From: Macrostomum hystrix
Lineage: Eukaryota > Animalia > Platyhelminthes
Direction: 5' to 3'
Length of the DNA: 64,000 nt
Assembly: GCA_950097015.1 (NCBI GenBank)
Contig: CATNEN010000024.1
Span: 3,472,001-3,536,000, forward strand
The notes below the pieces were generated by a model. It was not told where the DNA came from and ran no database searches. It was given only the letters and a program-made list of their open reading frames with translations. Made by a program: the position numbers and the translations under genes. Below, piece by piece: positions 34,130-46,934 of this stretch (its first letter is position 1; each line of letters begins with the position of its first letter).

Positions 34130-35260
34130 CGCTGCGCGATCACGTCATCCAAGAGCTCCACCAGGCGCATCCAGGCACCAGCAGAATGCGCGCCCTAGCT
34201 CGCAGCTACGTCTGGTGGCGATTTGGAGGCTGCAACTAAGACCTGCAGGACCTGTCAGCTCAACCAGCCCGACCCGCCAAAGGCGCCCGTGCAGCCGTGG
34301 CCGTTCCCGTCGGAGCCGTGGGAGCGCCTGCATGTCGACTTCGCCGGGCCTGTCGACGGTCATGTGTACCTGGTGGTGGTGGACGCCCACAGCAAGTGGC
34401 CGGAGGTCGTGCGGATGCGCTGCACCACAGCGGCAGCCACAATCGCGAGTCTGCGGGAGATCTTCGCCCGCCAAGGCATCCTGCGCACGCTGGTGTCCGA
34501 CAACGGGCCGCAGTTCGCCTCCGCCGAGTTCGCCGAATTCACCCGAGCCAATGGCATTCGTCATGTGTTCTCGGCACCTTTCCATCCTGCCACGAATGGC
34601 CAAGCCGAGCGCTTCGTCCAAGTTCTAAAGCGGCATCTGCTCAAGAGTGGTCTTTCTGATGTCGATCTCCAGCGACTACTGCTCGGCTACCGCAACACGC
34701 CACTCAGCGTCAGCGGCGTCGCTCCCAGCCAACTACTTGTCGGCCGGCGGCTCCGATGCCGCCTGAATCTACTGGTACCATCACTGGCCGACGACGTGCG
34801 ACAGCGACAGGAGCAGCTGCTACCGAGCAGGAAGGCGGCGCGTGAGTTCCAAACCGGTGATCGTGTGCTCTTCCGCTACTTCAGCGCCGGTGCGAGAGCC
34901 GGCGACACGCCGCGCTGGGCGGAGGGCGTCATCAAGAGCGCTGGCAGCCGCAACTGCATCGTCGACTCGCAGCGCGGTCAGCACATGCGGCATGCGGATC
35001 AGCTGGTTGCGGCCCGCGCTGACGGCTTCGACCTCGACATCGCTGATGTCGGCCAGCCGCTGACTGATGGCGGCGGTGACGCGACCCTGGGAACTGGCGG
35101 TGCGCGCGCCACTCCTGATACTGTCGCCAGCGGCGCCACCATCGGCGAGGCGGCACCTGAACCCGCCGACGGACCGGAGAGCAACGCGCGTCGGGATGCC
35201 ACGAATCCCCGGCGGTACCCTCTGAGAGCTCGTGGCCCACCTGAGAGACTGCAGCTGTGA
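34130..35260 (+). pseudogene. Gypsy integrase (HHCC plus DDE), frameshift near 34220
   Basis: ELHQAHPG...CRTCQ; LHVDFAGP, VSDNGPQF, NGQAERFVQ; C-terminal RRYPLRARGPPERL. Confidence 0.92.
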
Positions 35261-35287
35261 TGGGAGAAAACTGACTCAGAGGGGAGA

Positions 35288-35590
35288 TGTGATGTTATTC
35301 AATGGACTCTTGAATGTTATTCAATGCGTTCACTCTGCACCACTTTGTATTATGGCTTTGCTACCATTGATTGTTTATGTCTGTCGGTCCTTAGTGCAAG
35401 CTGAGTTGTTTACCAGTGTCACGCGTGGCTTGCGTGCTGGTTGAGGTGGCTGGCCCGCGGGGCCCAGCCGTGCCCTAAGCCCTAGGGTCAAATAGAACAG
35501 AGCGATAATATAAGGAGCCGCAACTCCCAACTGACTCGCTACGTTCTAGTGAATCAATTCTTGGCCAGCCTTCAGTCTTAAGTCATTACA
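35288..35590 (+). repeat. 3' LTR
   Basis: Direct repeat of 31294-31596; preceded by purine tract AGAGGGGAGA (35278-35287). Confidence 0.97.
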
Positions 35591-35774
35591 GGGTGTATTT
35601 CTCGCCAATGGGGCCAGGTTACGACTCTTGTCGAATGATTGTGAATCCCATTCAGTTTCAACAGAACATACCTCTAAAACTCATTTAAGCTCCATCAACC
35701 GCAAATAAGCTCGCACGAAAATTAGCAACCATAGTGAGAATTAATAACACAACAGAGGGCTGCAGTGATGACAG

Positions 35775-36310
35775 AAAGACGAGACTGGGGAGAGATAAGA
35801 CAGGGGAGATAAGACGGGAGAGATGAGACACGAGAGAGATAAGACAGGGGTGAGATAAGACGGGGGAGAGATAAGACGGGAGATAAGACAGGGGAGAGAA
35901 AAGACGGGAGATAAGACGGGGGAGAGATAAGACAGGGGAAAGATGAGACACTGGAGAGATGAGACGCGGGAGGGACGAGAAATAGAAGAGATGAGACACG
36001 GGAGAGATGAGACGCGGGAGAGATGAGACACGTGAGAGATAAGATACTGGAGAGATAAGACACTGGAGAGATGAGACACGGGAGAGATGAGACGCGGGAG
36101 GGATGAGAAATAGAAGAGATGAGACACGGGAGAGATGAGACACTGGAGAGATGAGACATGGGAGAGATGAGACACGTGAGAGATGAGACACGGGAGAGAT
36201 AAGACACGGGAGAGATGAGACACGTGAGAGATGAGACACGGGAGAGATAAGACACGGGAGAGATGAGACACGGGAGAGATGAGACACTGGAGAGATGAGA
36301 CACTGAGACA
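35775..36310. repeat. S16 satellite (GAGAGATGAGACACGG orientation), degenerate
   Basis: Same unit as 1-1003. Confidence 0.93.
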
Positions 36311-36979
36311 GGGAAAAGGCCATACTGACATGCGTGGTGAGCCTATTTTGATTGTGTCGTGTTTTTACTCTGAGCAGAGTTAATTACCCATAGCTTCCGA
36401 AAGCAACTCAGGAAAAGTTGAAGTTATCTGCAAAAGCAATCCGCAAATGAACATGAGCTAAGCTGAGTAGCGTGTGCCAATCACTAAGCCAGCAGAAGCC
36501 ATAGCTAGGTATTCAAATATTCGATACATTTTTCCCAAATCTCAAGTTGGACGCAATTTTCAATGGTGCTTCCTGCTTTGAAAAGCATCTTCTTTTAATT
36601 TTTAATTTTCCTTTCTTTGCTTTGCTGCTACAATGGCCAAACTGGCACAATTGATTTTTTTTTGAAAGCCAGTCTTCTTTGAGACTCGGCTTTCTTTCTA
36701 AGAAAAAAAGTGAAAGCCTTTTGATGCTCTGATTCAAAGGCTGCGCATCCACAGCCATTCATTTTAGCTTGCATCCATTCACAGAAAAATATAACCAAAG
36801 TCAATAAGCTAGTGAGAGAAGTTTCCGGTCTCTCTATTTGTAGAGACAGGGGGCCCACATGTCAAGATAGAAATCGATAATTGCTTCAGTCTCATAAGGG
36901 TAAAATATACATTTATCTATTTATTTAAAAATTGCTTCTTACACAATGGAGCGTTTAATCAATGCAACAATTAGTTTTT

Positions 36980-37210
36980 AGTGCATCGAGCTCCCGACTT
37001 GAAGGTCGGGGGTTCGATTCTTGACTCCACTGAAACAATTTGTATAATTTAGCATGCCACTTGACTCTGCATTGCTTTAGTTCACCCAGCTGTTAAATGG
37101 GTACCAGAATTAGCTGGTGGTTGGTGTGGCGTCTGCCCAGTCCATGGACTGAACAGCCGCATGCAGCCTTCAGATGTGCCTTAGCTGCGGCTGGCTGTCG
37201 GCTGCACCAG
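36980..37210 (+). mobile_element. tRNA-derived SINE, family 2, with CORE-like central segment
   Basis: B-box GGTTCGATTC, then TTCACCCAGCTGTTAAATGGGTACC and CCAGTCCATGGACTGAACAGCC shared with 1594-1775 and 41420-41530. Confidence 0.65.
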
Positions 37211-37919
37211 GGTTAATTCGCGAATTTCTGTTACAAGTGCACGTTTTATGTTTCGCATTTTTATTTTAACTATTGCTACTCAATTCAGTAGTCAATTCAA
37301 AGCCACAAAAAGCAGATTTACTGCGAAATAAAGAATGCAAATTTAGCATTCTGTTACTGCAAGTAGCTAGTTGCGGACATTTCATTCGGAATTCCGATTT
37401 AGTCGAGAGTTGGTTAAATTTACTAATTACACTTGCAATTTTTTTCTCACGCCAAAATACGTCAACTACAGCCCCACGCCTAGATCCCAAATGGGACTAG
37501 GAAAATATTTCTAGTCAGCAACCATCATTGGGGATATTAGCTTGGGGATTTGGGGACTAAATTTGCCAGCCTAAATTAATGGTCGACATATTGAAACATT
37601 TCCTGCAACTTTAGGCTAAGCTTCGGTAAACTTCAAGCCAAGTTATCTGTTTTGCTGCTTAGACAACCGATGAAGCAACATTCTCTTGGCAATTTGTCTC
37701 AAGATCTTTTATTTTACCAGCACTTCTGGCTCTTGTCTTCATCTCTCTGCTTCCTGGCCCATGCGGCTCGCTTCATTGTTAAAGTTCTTCTACTTCGTAT
37801 ATATAATCTATTTTCAGTCTCTCCACTATCCTCTCCTCTCTCTATTCCCAACTGTCTGTCTCCTCTCACTTGTCTCCCTCTCATCTCTATCGTTTTAACT
37901 CTCTCTTTTCTCCACTCAA

Positions 37920-38420
37920 ATTCTCATCTCACCTTTCTCCTCTCTTCTCTCTCCTCTCTCATCTCACCTCTCTTCTCTCTCCTCTCTCATCTCACCTCTC
38001 TTCTCTCTCCTCTCTCATCTCACCTCTCTTCTCTCTCCTCTCTCATCTCACCTCTCTTCTCTCTCCTCTCTCATCTCACCTCTCTTCTCTCTCCTCTCTC
38101 ATCTCACCTCTCTTCTCTCTCCTCTCTCATCTCACCTCTCTTCTCTCTCCTCTCTCATCTCACCTCTCTTCTCTCTCCTCTCTCATCTCACCTCTCTTCT
38201 CTCTCCTCTCTCATCTCACCTCTCTTCTCTCTCCTCTCTCATCTCACCTCTCTTCTCTCTCCTCTCTCATCTCACCTCTCTTCTCTCTCCTCTCTCATCT
38301 CACCTCTCTTCTCTCTCCTCTCTCATCTCACCTCTCTTCTCTCTCCTCTCTCATCTCACCTCTCTTCTCTCTCCTCTCTCCACCCACCTCTCTCCTCTCT
38401 TCTCTCCCCTTTCTCATCTC
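37920..38420. repeat. 28-bp pyrimidine minisatellite TCTCATCTCACCTCTCTTCTCTCTCCTC
   Basis: About 16 units. Confidence 0.95.
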
Positions 38421-39577
38421 TCCTTTTTGCTATCTCTTCTCCCTTACCCCCCCCAATGATATTTAATGTACGAAGGCAATGAGGCTGAGAGTGCGATGCC
38501 GTCATGCGAAAACGATTGGAAATTTCGGAGAGCATGTAAAACAGTTCTAATATATTGTATTAATTTGCGCCCAACTGAGCAAGGTGTAGTTGAACTCATG
38601 TGGTTCTACTCAGATTAGCCTGAGCTATATAGGATGCTGCCACGATGGGTAAATTGGCCATCTGCCTTTTATCTGTTCCACTTCCTACCGTCGGAGATAA
38701 GTCCTCTAATTGGCATCCCCAATTGACAATGTGCATTATTCATAGCATTATTGGACAGTCACCCGACGCACACAGAGGGGTCTTCAAGGGCTCGGGCATG
38801 GGGATAAATTTCCTTCCTTCCTCAATTCCAGTCCTTGCCGGCGACTTCCTTCTAAGGTTGGCCTTCTAAGAGGGGGGAATAATGTGCGAAATAGTGGCGA
38901 TGCGGCAACTGCTGGTGCTGCTGCTGCTGCAAAAAAAGCAGACGATCTCGCATTTCCAGCCAGCCAGCCGGGCCATTTCACGCCAAATATTTTTTGCCTT
39001 TGCCCCCCCCAACAATTTTTTTGGTTCGTTCATTTCTCTATTCCGCTGTGTCTTTCTCTTTCTGTCTCTCTCATTCTATTGCTATTTATATACTATAGAT
39101 ATAATTTCGAATGCATTTATAGATTTAGATTTTGAATCGGCGACCATAGAGAGGAGAGAGAGAGTGAGAGGGTTGCATATCTAGGACAGTAGGGGTGGTG
39201 GAAATGCTTTGAGAAGTGTTCTCTCTCCCTCTCTCTCTCAGCGAGTGTGTGTGTGTATGTGCAGTGACCCCACCGGATATTGTCAGGGTTCTCTGTCGGC
39301 CTATCGCCTAGCAGTCTCATAGCTTTGGCACTCTCCGTATATTGAAGCCCTTCTAGACCATTGCATGCCTCCCCGGCTATCTCGTCACTGGGTGATGATA
39401 GTGCAAATTGTAGAACGAATATTTACTTTCAGCTTCATAATCTGCCTCCTAAAGAAACAATGTTCATGACCTACACTGCAGAATTTTCACTGTCCAATGT
39501 AATTATCTTGATTGATTGATTGATTGATTGATCGAGTGATTGATTGATTGATTAATTCAGATATTTTATTAGAAACC

Positions 39578-40220
39578 TCTCATGTCTCATATCTCATGTT
39601 ATCTCTGTCTCTCATCTCTCGTATTTCATGCTATCTCTGACTCTCATCTCTCATATCTCATGTTATCTCTGTCTCTTATCTCTCATATCTCATCTTATCT
39701 CTGTCTCTCATCTCTCGTATTTCATGCTATCTCTCACTCTCATCTCTCATATCTCATGTTATCTCTGTCTCTTATCTCTTATATCTCATGTTATCTCTGT
39801 CTCTCATCTCTCATATCTCATGTTATCTCTGTCTCTTATCTCTTATATCTCATGTTATCTCTGTCTCTCATCTCTCGTATTTCATGCTATCTCTGACTCT
39901 CATCTCTCATATCTCATGTTATCTCTGTCTCTTATCTCTCATATCTCATCTTATCTCTGTCTCTCATCTCTCGTATTTCATGCTATCTCTCACTCTCATC
40001 TCTCATATCTCATGTTATCTCTGTCTCTTATCTCTTATATCTCATGTTATCTCTGTCTCTCATCTCTCATATCTCATGTTACCTCTGTCTCTCATCTCTC
40101 AAATCTCATGTTATCTCTGAATCTCATCTCTCAAATCTCATGTTATATCTGATTCTCATCTCTCAAATCTCATGTTACCTCTGTCTCACATCTCTCGTAT
40201 TTCATGTTGTCTCTGTCTCT
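39578..40220. repeat. Minisatellite of about 25 bp, TCTCATATCTCATGTTATCTCTGTC
   Basis: Tandem units with higher-order variant blocks; preceded by (GATT)n at about 39510-39555. Confidence 0.92.
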
Positions 40221-40277
40221 TAGGTGTGGCAGGTGGCCTATTATATAACTAAAAACAGTGATTTTATTAAAATTTAC

Positions 40278-40319
40278 CTCGTCAGCGTCTAGATCGTCAT
40301 TGTACTCCGACTCGCTCAT
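40278..40319 (-). CDS. Candidate alternative N-terminal exon E
   Basis: MSESEYNDDLDADE|gtaaat, phase 0; ctgac...tccag directly upstream; acidic end joining ELVG. Confidence 0.6.
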
Positions 40320-41419
40320 TCTGGATCAGACAGTCAGGTTTGGGGTGGGTTGTCAAGCTAAGATGAGGAGCACACTGCACCCGTCAGTGCCAGACTGTTG
40401 CTACCGCCGTGTTTGGTCTTGGCATATGGACGACTTTGTCAACAGAAAGAAATTGTGTTTTCTTTACAAATAGACAAAATTATAATGGGATTTTAGCTTC
40501 GGTTTGGCAAAAATATCAGACTCTCCTATAGGTGCCTGTTGCTGGGATATTGACCAGCGGCGGTGGCCGCTGCTCCTCTTATCCCCGCCGCTTCGCTCTG
40601 CCGAAAGCCGTCCCTCCCCTGCCGCTCTCCCTCCGTCTCTCTCTCTCTCTCTATTCTGGTTGGACGCAGCGAGTATTCTGCATGCTTTTAGAAGAAGCAA
40701 GAAGCTGTCTCTCGGCTGATCCGGCAGTATCTGGGAGGCTGCGGCAACAGCTCCAGAGCCGTCGTTTCGGTTGACTCTGGCAGCTGGTTTGTGTTGCAGT
40801 TTCTGGGGTCTATGGCCACTACTAGCCCTGCTCCTCCTTAGGCAGCTATTCTCTTCCCCTTTTAACTTCCCCTAGTTGCTGGGAGAAAGAGGCAGATGGA
40901 GGGGAGGGGAGAATTGAAGCCGGAGGGAAAACTAAAGGATTTTTTCATGGGGCAAACTGAGGGATAAGAATAGGCGCGGTAGGGAGGCGGGCGGCAACAA
41001 GGCGGAAGAAGGCAGGGCTGAGGGATCAAGTTGAGCTGATGGAAAGGATGGAGGCTGAGATGGGGATTATTTGACAGAGGGGAGAGCGCCAGAGAGGCAG
41101 CAGGGAGTGGTCGGTTGGTTGGAGGTCTCCCGGCGTGTGGAAGTTGGAGCTCAAACTGTGCTCAAATCGTGGCCAAAGAGAGTCTGGGCGACGGAGGCGG
41201 GCAGAGACAAGGAGCAGTTTCAGCAGTTTTGAGCACACTGGGAAAGCCCAACCAGGGCCAACGGAGTCATGAGTTTATTTTTCTTCTTTTGTTAAGAATA
41301 TAATATTAAGAGAGTAAAGCATTGTGACGAGACTTCGTCAGTTTAACTTTAATTTTCATATTTTTCACTCGACTCTGAAGTATAAGTCAGAATCGAAAAA
41401 AATAATAATCAAATGTGCC

Positions 41420-41530
41420 CCTCACCTCGACCACGTTAAATGGGTAACAGCGTTAACTGGGGTATTTTAGGGTGGGTGTGGCGTACCCCAGTCCATGGAC
41501 TGAAAAGTCGTACGCAGCCTTCCCATGCGC
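41420..41530 (+). mobile_element. SINE family 2 fragment
   Basis: GTTAAATGGGTAACAG...GTGTGGCGT...CCAGTCCATGGACTGAA matches 37090-37160. Confidence 0.6.
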
Positions 41531-42301
41531 CGCTCAATACTTTCCATGCCAGCGAGGAAGCTGATCAAATTCTGCTAACTACTGAGTACACGCACAGGTG
41601 TGTACATCTGTCCTGACTATCTCATCGTGACTAAGGATTCCTGACAATTTTTTTTCCAAAGCCGTATCCGGGCAAAGGTTCGTTCTAGTCCCTTCGGCCA
41701 TGTTGTTTGGCATTGTTTATCCCTTATTCGGAAGCACTTTCCCCCCACTCCAATGCCTTTGAACAGGATTTTGTTTCCAAAGATAAGCTTCTAGCTAACC
41801 GTAAGTCCACTGGAAGTCTTTTAGTTGGACTTTTCTGGTTCGGGAAAATATGGAAGAAAATTGCAGACTACCGAAGTATCAGAAAAGGAGGGAGGTCTTC
41901 ATCTTTTATCCTCTCTTTATGATTCCCATTTGGGCGATGGATACGGGTGCCCTGTTCCAGCAGGTGATTGATCTGCTGCGTAGTGAGACATGAGACCCCA
42001 TGACCCCTGCTTTCTCCACCCTTCCCCCTCACCCCCTCCCCCCTCCCATGTCAGATCAAGCTTTGATGTTGAGTCTTCCGGCTTCACTAACCAATTTTTG
42101 TTATAAAAACGTGAAAAAGTTTTGTTATAGGCCGAATAAATGAAATTCTCTGATGCCTACTTATAGTAGAATGATTTTTTGCATTCTTTTGATGAAGACA
42201 TGGATTGAAACTGATACCTTAACCTAGATGGGTCAGATGTACAATGGGCTGCGTAATTAGGAATCAAGTGTCTCTCAGGGGCATTAAAAACGCGATTTTA
42301 C

Positions 42302-42445
42302 CTCTAGTCGTTCAAAGGTTTGATCAACTGTTTCAGTCCGCAGCAGCTGCTGATGCGTGCTCCGCCCGGCGCCGCCGCCGCCGCCGCCAACGCCACCGCC
42401 GCCACCGCCACCCGTATGCATGGCACCTGATCTACTGGCTAACAT
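42302..42445 (-). CDS. Candidate alternative N-terminal exon D
   Basis: MLASRSGAMHTGGGGGGGVGGGGGGAGRSTHQQLLRTETVDQTFERLE|gtaaaa, phase 0; paralogous to exon C. Confidence 0.72.
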
Positions 42446-43539
42446 GGCTATTAATCGGGTAGAAATCACTTCTGATCACTAAAATATCGTCCTTGAAGTT
42501 TAGATTATTTATTATCTGTTTAGTAGAAAGCACAGAAATGGTCACAGACGTGCTGCTAAAGTGTGAATGCAAGGGACAGAAAAGCGTTAAAGAAAAATAG
42601 AAAACGAAGACACTTTATACTGAGCAGCCCTCACTGAAATTCTTTTGTCAACATTGGGGATATATTTTTCCCTTAAACTCTCACACAGAAGAGACTCAAA
42701 AAGTCTTTCCTCTGCTCCCCATTTTGTCTGTTCATTCGATTGCTTCTAGCTGACGAAGATTGAGTAGCCATTGTCTTCCCAAATGAGTACATTCCAAATG
42801 TTTTTATATCCTCATAGTATTAGGCTTCTAAAAGTGGATTCTAAGTTGACGAAGAGGTCCTCTCTTTGCTTAACGAAATTGGAATGAAAAAAATACGAAA
42901 ATATCGAAACCCTACTGCAAGTAGACAGTGTGACAAGGTAAATACTTATTTTCCTATTTTTTCACGAGATATCGTATCTTAGCCAAAAAAATCTGCAGTT
43001 CTTTTTTTCTACAGACTATGAGCCAACATCTGAACTAAAATAAGGACAAACTGACAGAATCCCGCCTGTGGCTGCCTGTCAATTTTATATTTTAGCTCCA
43101 AGGGGGATATATATTTTTACTTTGAGGGGAGCCAGTTATAACAAAAAATATTTCATCCCTCTAAGTCCGTCAATGTTTTTTGAGGAGGCTTATTTGACAG
43201 GCAAGTACTAAATAACATGGCATTGTTGAATTAGAACTGTATTAAAAGCAATTTACAATTGCACAGGCTGCAGTAGGCAGATAGGCCAAGCTATGTCCAT
43301 TGTAGAAGGACATCAGTGCTATTTGGTGTAGATAACAAGCAGGCAATTTGCATGCTAATCTGCGAATATCTGCTACACAGGACAGACGGTCAGACTCGCC
43401 TAGACGCATTGCGCTTCAAGATAAAACTTTCATCTTGTCTGGTCTTGTTGTTCAGTATCCCTGCTAAAAGTACACAAGCTGCTCAACTAACAGACAGTGT
43501 TGCCATTGTGCTATGAGGAGACTATCAACAACAATACAA

Positions 43540-44645
43540 TCAAAGTGTCATTTCTAGTTAGAATGCCATTTTTTTACAATCAAAGTGTCATTTTCTACCT
43601 AAAATGTCATTTTTTACAATCAAAGTGTCATTTTATAATTAAAATGTCATCTTTTACAATCAAAGTGTCATTTCTAGTTAGAATGCCATTTTCTACAATC
43701 AAAGTGTCATTTTCTACCTAAAATGTCATTTTTTACAATCAAAGTGTCATTTTATACTTAAAATGTCATCTTTTACAATCAAAGTGTCATTTCTAGTTAG
43801 AATGCCATTTTTTTACAATCAAAGTGTCATTTTCTACCTAAAATGTAATATTTTACAATCAAAGTGTCATTTTATACTTAAAATGTCATCTTTTACAATC
43901 AAAGTGTCATTTTCTACTTAAAATGTCATTTTCTACAATCAAAGTGTCATTTTATACTTAAAATGCCATTTTTTACAATCAAATGTCATTTTATACTTAA
44001 AATGTCATCTTTTACAATCAAAGTGTCATTTTCTACTTAAAATATCATCTTTTACAATCTGTGTCATTTTCTACTTAAAATGCCATCTTTTACAATCTGT
44101 GTCATTTTCTACTTAAAATGCCATTTTTTACAATCAAAGTGTCATTTTCTACTTAAAATGTCATATTTTACAATCTGTGTCATTTTCTACTTAAAATGAC
44201 ATTTTTTACAATCAAAGTGTCATTTTCTACTTAAAGTGCCATTTTTACAATCAAAGTGTCATTCAGGTGCCATTTTTAACAATCAAAGAGTCATTTTCTA
44301 CTTAAAATGCCATTTTTGGCAATCAAAGTGTCATTTTCTACTTAAAATGCCATTTTTTACAATCGAAGTGTCATTTTCTACTTAAAATGCCATTTTTACA
44401 ATCGAAGTGTCATTTTCTACTTAAAATGCCATTTTTACAATCAAAGAGTCATTTTCTACTTAGAATGTCATTTTCGCAATCCAAGAGTCATTTTCTACTT
44501 AAAATCCCATTTTTTACAATCGAAGAGTCATTTTCTACTTTAAATGCCATTTTTACAATCAAAGTGTCATTTTCTACTTAAAGTGCCATTTTTACAATCA
44601 AAGTGTCATTTTCTACTTAGAATGCCATTTTCTACAATCAAAGTG
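43540..44645. repeat. AT-rich minisatellite of about 40 bp, AAAGTGTCATTTTCTACTTAAAATGCCATTTTTTACAATC
   Basis: About 27 units, each with two related halves. Confidence 0.94.
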
Positions 44646-45182
44646 TGATTTTGTAATCAGAACTTCATTCTTATATAAAGTTTAATTTGTGTTTCGAATG
44701 AAATTTTACAATTCAGCCGTATATTGACAGAAAATAAATAGTTCTGGGCGAAATACGCACTAAAGATTTGCTTTTGAAGCTTATTGTATTTTAATTTTCT
44801 CTCACGCCTTACTTTTTCTGCTAAGTAATTTTTTTAAGGATTTGTACTCGACAGCAAAGTTCTAAAAGTCAGAAAACAATAAAAAACAAACTTCAAAGTA
44901 TAAAACTGCACCCCTTATCGAAACCACTCAAGCAAAAATTTGCGCATAAAATTAACACCTGATGCGAAAAAAATCTAGAAGTTTTGGGTCGGTGGGGTGG
45001 CTGGCGGAACGGCGAAAGCATCGAAGCGGCAACAAACGTGAATTAAATACCAACTATGCACTGCAGCCGTTCCCAAATCAACCAAACACTTTACTTTCTA
45101 CAAGTCTCTGAGGAGTTTGTTGGGGTAAAACTAATCTCAGTTTCTTGAAAACTAATTAAGCATCGGTATTTGCATTTCCTGC

Positions 45183-45365
45183 CCATTTATTCATTTATTC
45201 ATTCGTTCTTTCATTCATTCATTCATTCGTTCATTCGTTCATTAATTTATTCATTCGTTCATTCATTCATTCATTCCTTCATTCATTCGTTCATTCGTTC
45301 ATTAATTTATTCATTCGTTCATTCATTAATTCATTAATTAATTCATTTGTTCATTCATTCATTAG
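45183..45365. repeat. Degenerate (TTCA)n microsatellite
   Basis: TTCA/TTCG/TTAA tetramers. Confidence 0.9.
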
Positions 45366-46146
45366 TTTATTTATTATTTATCGTTGGGTCCTATTTAATC
45401 TAAATCGAATGCAAAGCTGTTATCAAATTAACTTTATTGTGCAGCACACTTGCAAAACAGCTTTTGTATCCTGTTTCGCTGCAACATATGTTTATTAACT
45501 GTGTCGCATCTCTCTCTATCTCTCTGGGGATTCTCATTTTCAAAATCCTTCCCCCTTGTCTCCCTCTCTCTTTTCCCTCTGTTTCTGTCCCCATAGCATT
45601 CTAGCTGGGAAACTTTTATCCTACACTATTCTTCCCCATTCTGCCATGCAGCATCCCACACAAACCTCTTCTACTCAAATTTCAGCGACGCGCCTGGTCC
45701 GCAGGTTTTTGGTAGTCCATAAATTTTTTATCCTCATGTGAGGAACGCCATCCCAGTGTCTCACTGTATGCTTTCCTATGCTCAACAACTCAGCGCAGTT
45801 GGTCAGCGGGAAAGAAAATAAAGTTTTTACAACGATAGCCTGGTGGTCGGGACTAAGCGCCACTTGAGCATAGATTCAGCTCATTGCATGGTGGACTCTG
45901 GCAGTACTGTGTTTCAACTGTTCTCTGTCTGGTGGGGCAATCGTTTCCTTTTACAAGGAATAGTTTCTATTCTGGCTCGATGGAAGTATTAGCTCGTACA
46001 ACCAAAAAGTGAACAACACAGATTAGCTTAGTGGCCAGTTTGACTCTTCATTCGGTGCTATATCCCTAACTCTTGCTTTAAAAACTGTTACAAATTTTCC
46101 CTAATCTGTCTACCTTTCTCTTCACTCTGCCTACTTCTCGGTCTAG

Positions 46147-46332
46147 ATTGTCTCTTTCTCTCCTTACTTTGTCTACTTCTCTCTCAAATTTGTCTACTTC
46201 TCCGTTTACTTTGTATACTTCTCTGTCTACTTTGTCTACTTCTCTGTCTACTTTGTCTACTTCTCTGTCTACTTTGTCTACTTCTCTGTCTACTTTGTCT
46301 ACTTCTCTGTCTACTTTGTCTACTTCTCTATC
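46147..46332. repeat. 21-bp minisatellite TCTACTTTGTCTACTTCTCTG
   Basis: About 8 units. Confidence 0.9.
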
Positions 46333-46375
46333 TGCTATTATTTTCCTAACTCTGTAACCGGCCCAGCTACCTCAC

Positions 46376-46522
46376 CTCCATATTCTCGAACACGGTGTCC
46401 ACATTCTCCGTGCGCCGATTAAAACGGCCCTTCAGCAGGGCGCCACCGGGCCCCGCGCTTCCGTCATCGTCGCCGCCGCCGCCGCCACTCCCGCCGCTGA
46501 CTGTGACACGTGCGGCGAACAT
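46376..46522 (-). CDS. Candidate alternative N-terminal exon C
   Basis: MFAARVTVSGGSGGGGGDDDGSAGPGGALLKGRFNRRTENVDTVFENME|gtgagg, phase 0; acceptor ttttcttttctcaaag 71 nt upstream. Confidence 0.75.
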
Positions 46523-46934
46523 CAGTAAATTTTTAAAGGCTGTTGCTTCTGTGGCTATAGCTGCTGCTGTTGCTTCTGTTGCTGCTGCTGTTGCTTTGAG
46601 AAAAGAAAATTAAAATATTCCAAGAGCTTAAACTACTGGCTGGATGGAATTTGACTGATAGGGGGCCGGCTAAGAAATAGTTGTTCTGAAATCAGCCAAC
46701 CAATGAGCAGTGCCTAGACCGATTGGGTGTTCGCTAAGGTTGAGTGTACTTTGAGCTGGTGTCCGTTTAGCAATGAGCCAGCAGCAGCAGCAGCAGCATC
46801 AGCAGTAGCAGTCGCATTGCTAATTAATCTTTAAATCTATTTTCCTGCCCTTATCCTCGACCTCGCTCAGTGTTTTCATTCCTGCCGTCCTACAGTGATT
46901 TCAGATCACTTGAAGAAATCTTCTAGACTTTATA

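Larger units (their letters stand above)
31294..35590 (+). mobile_element. Gypsy/Ty3 LTR retrotransposon (Mag-like), internally deleted
   Basis: 303-bp LTRs at 31294-31596 and 35288-35590 (TGTGATG...CATTACA), identical by eye; TSD GGGTG at 31289-31293 and 35591-35595; PBS; PPT; gag, protease, RNase H, integrase in Gypsy order. Confidence 0.96.
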
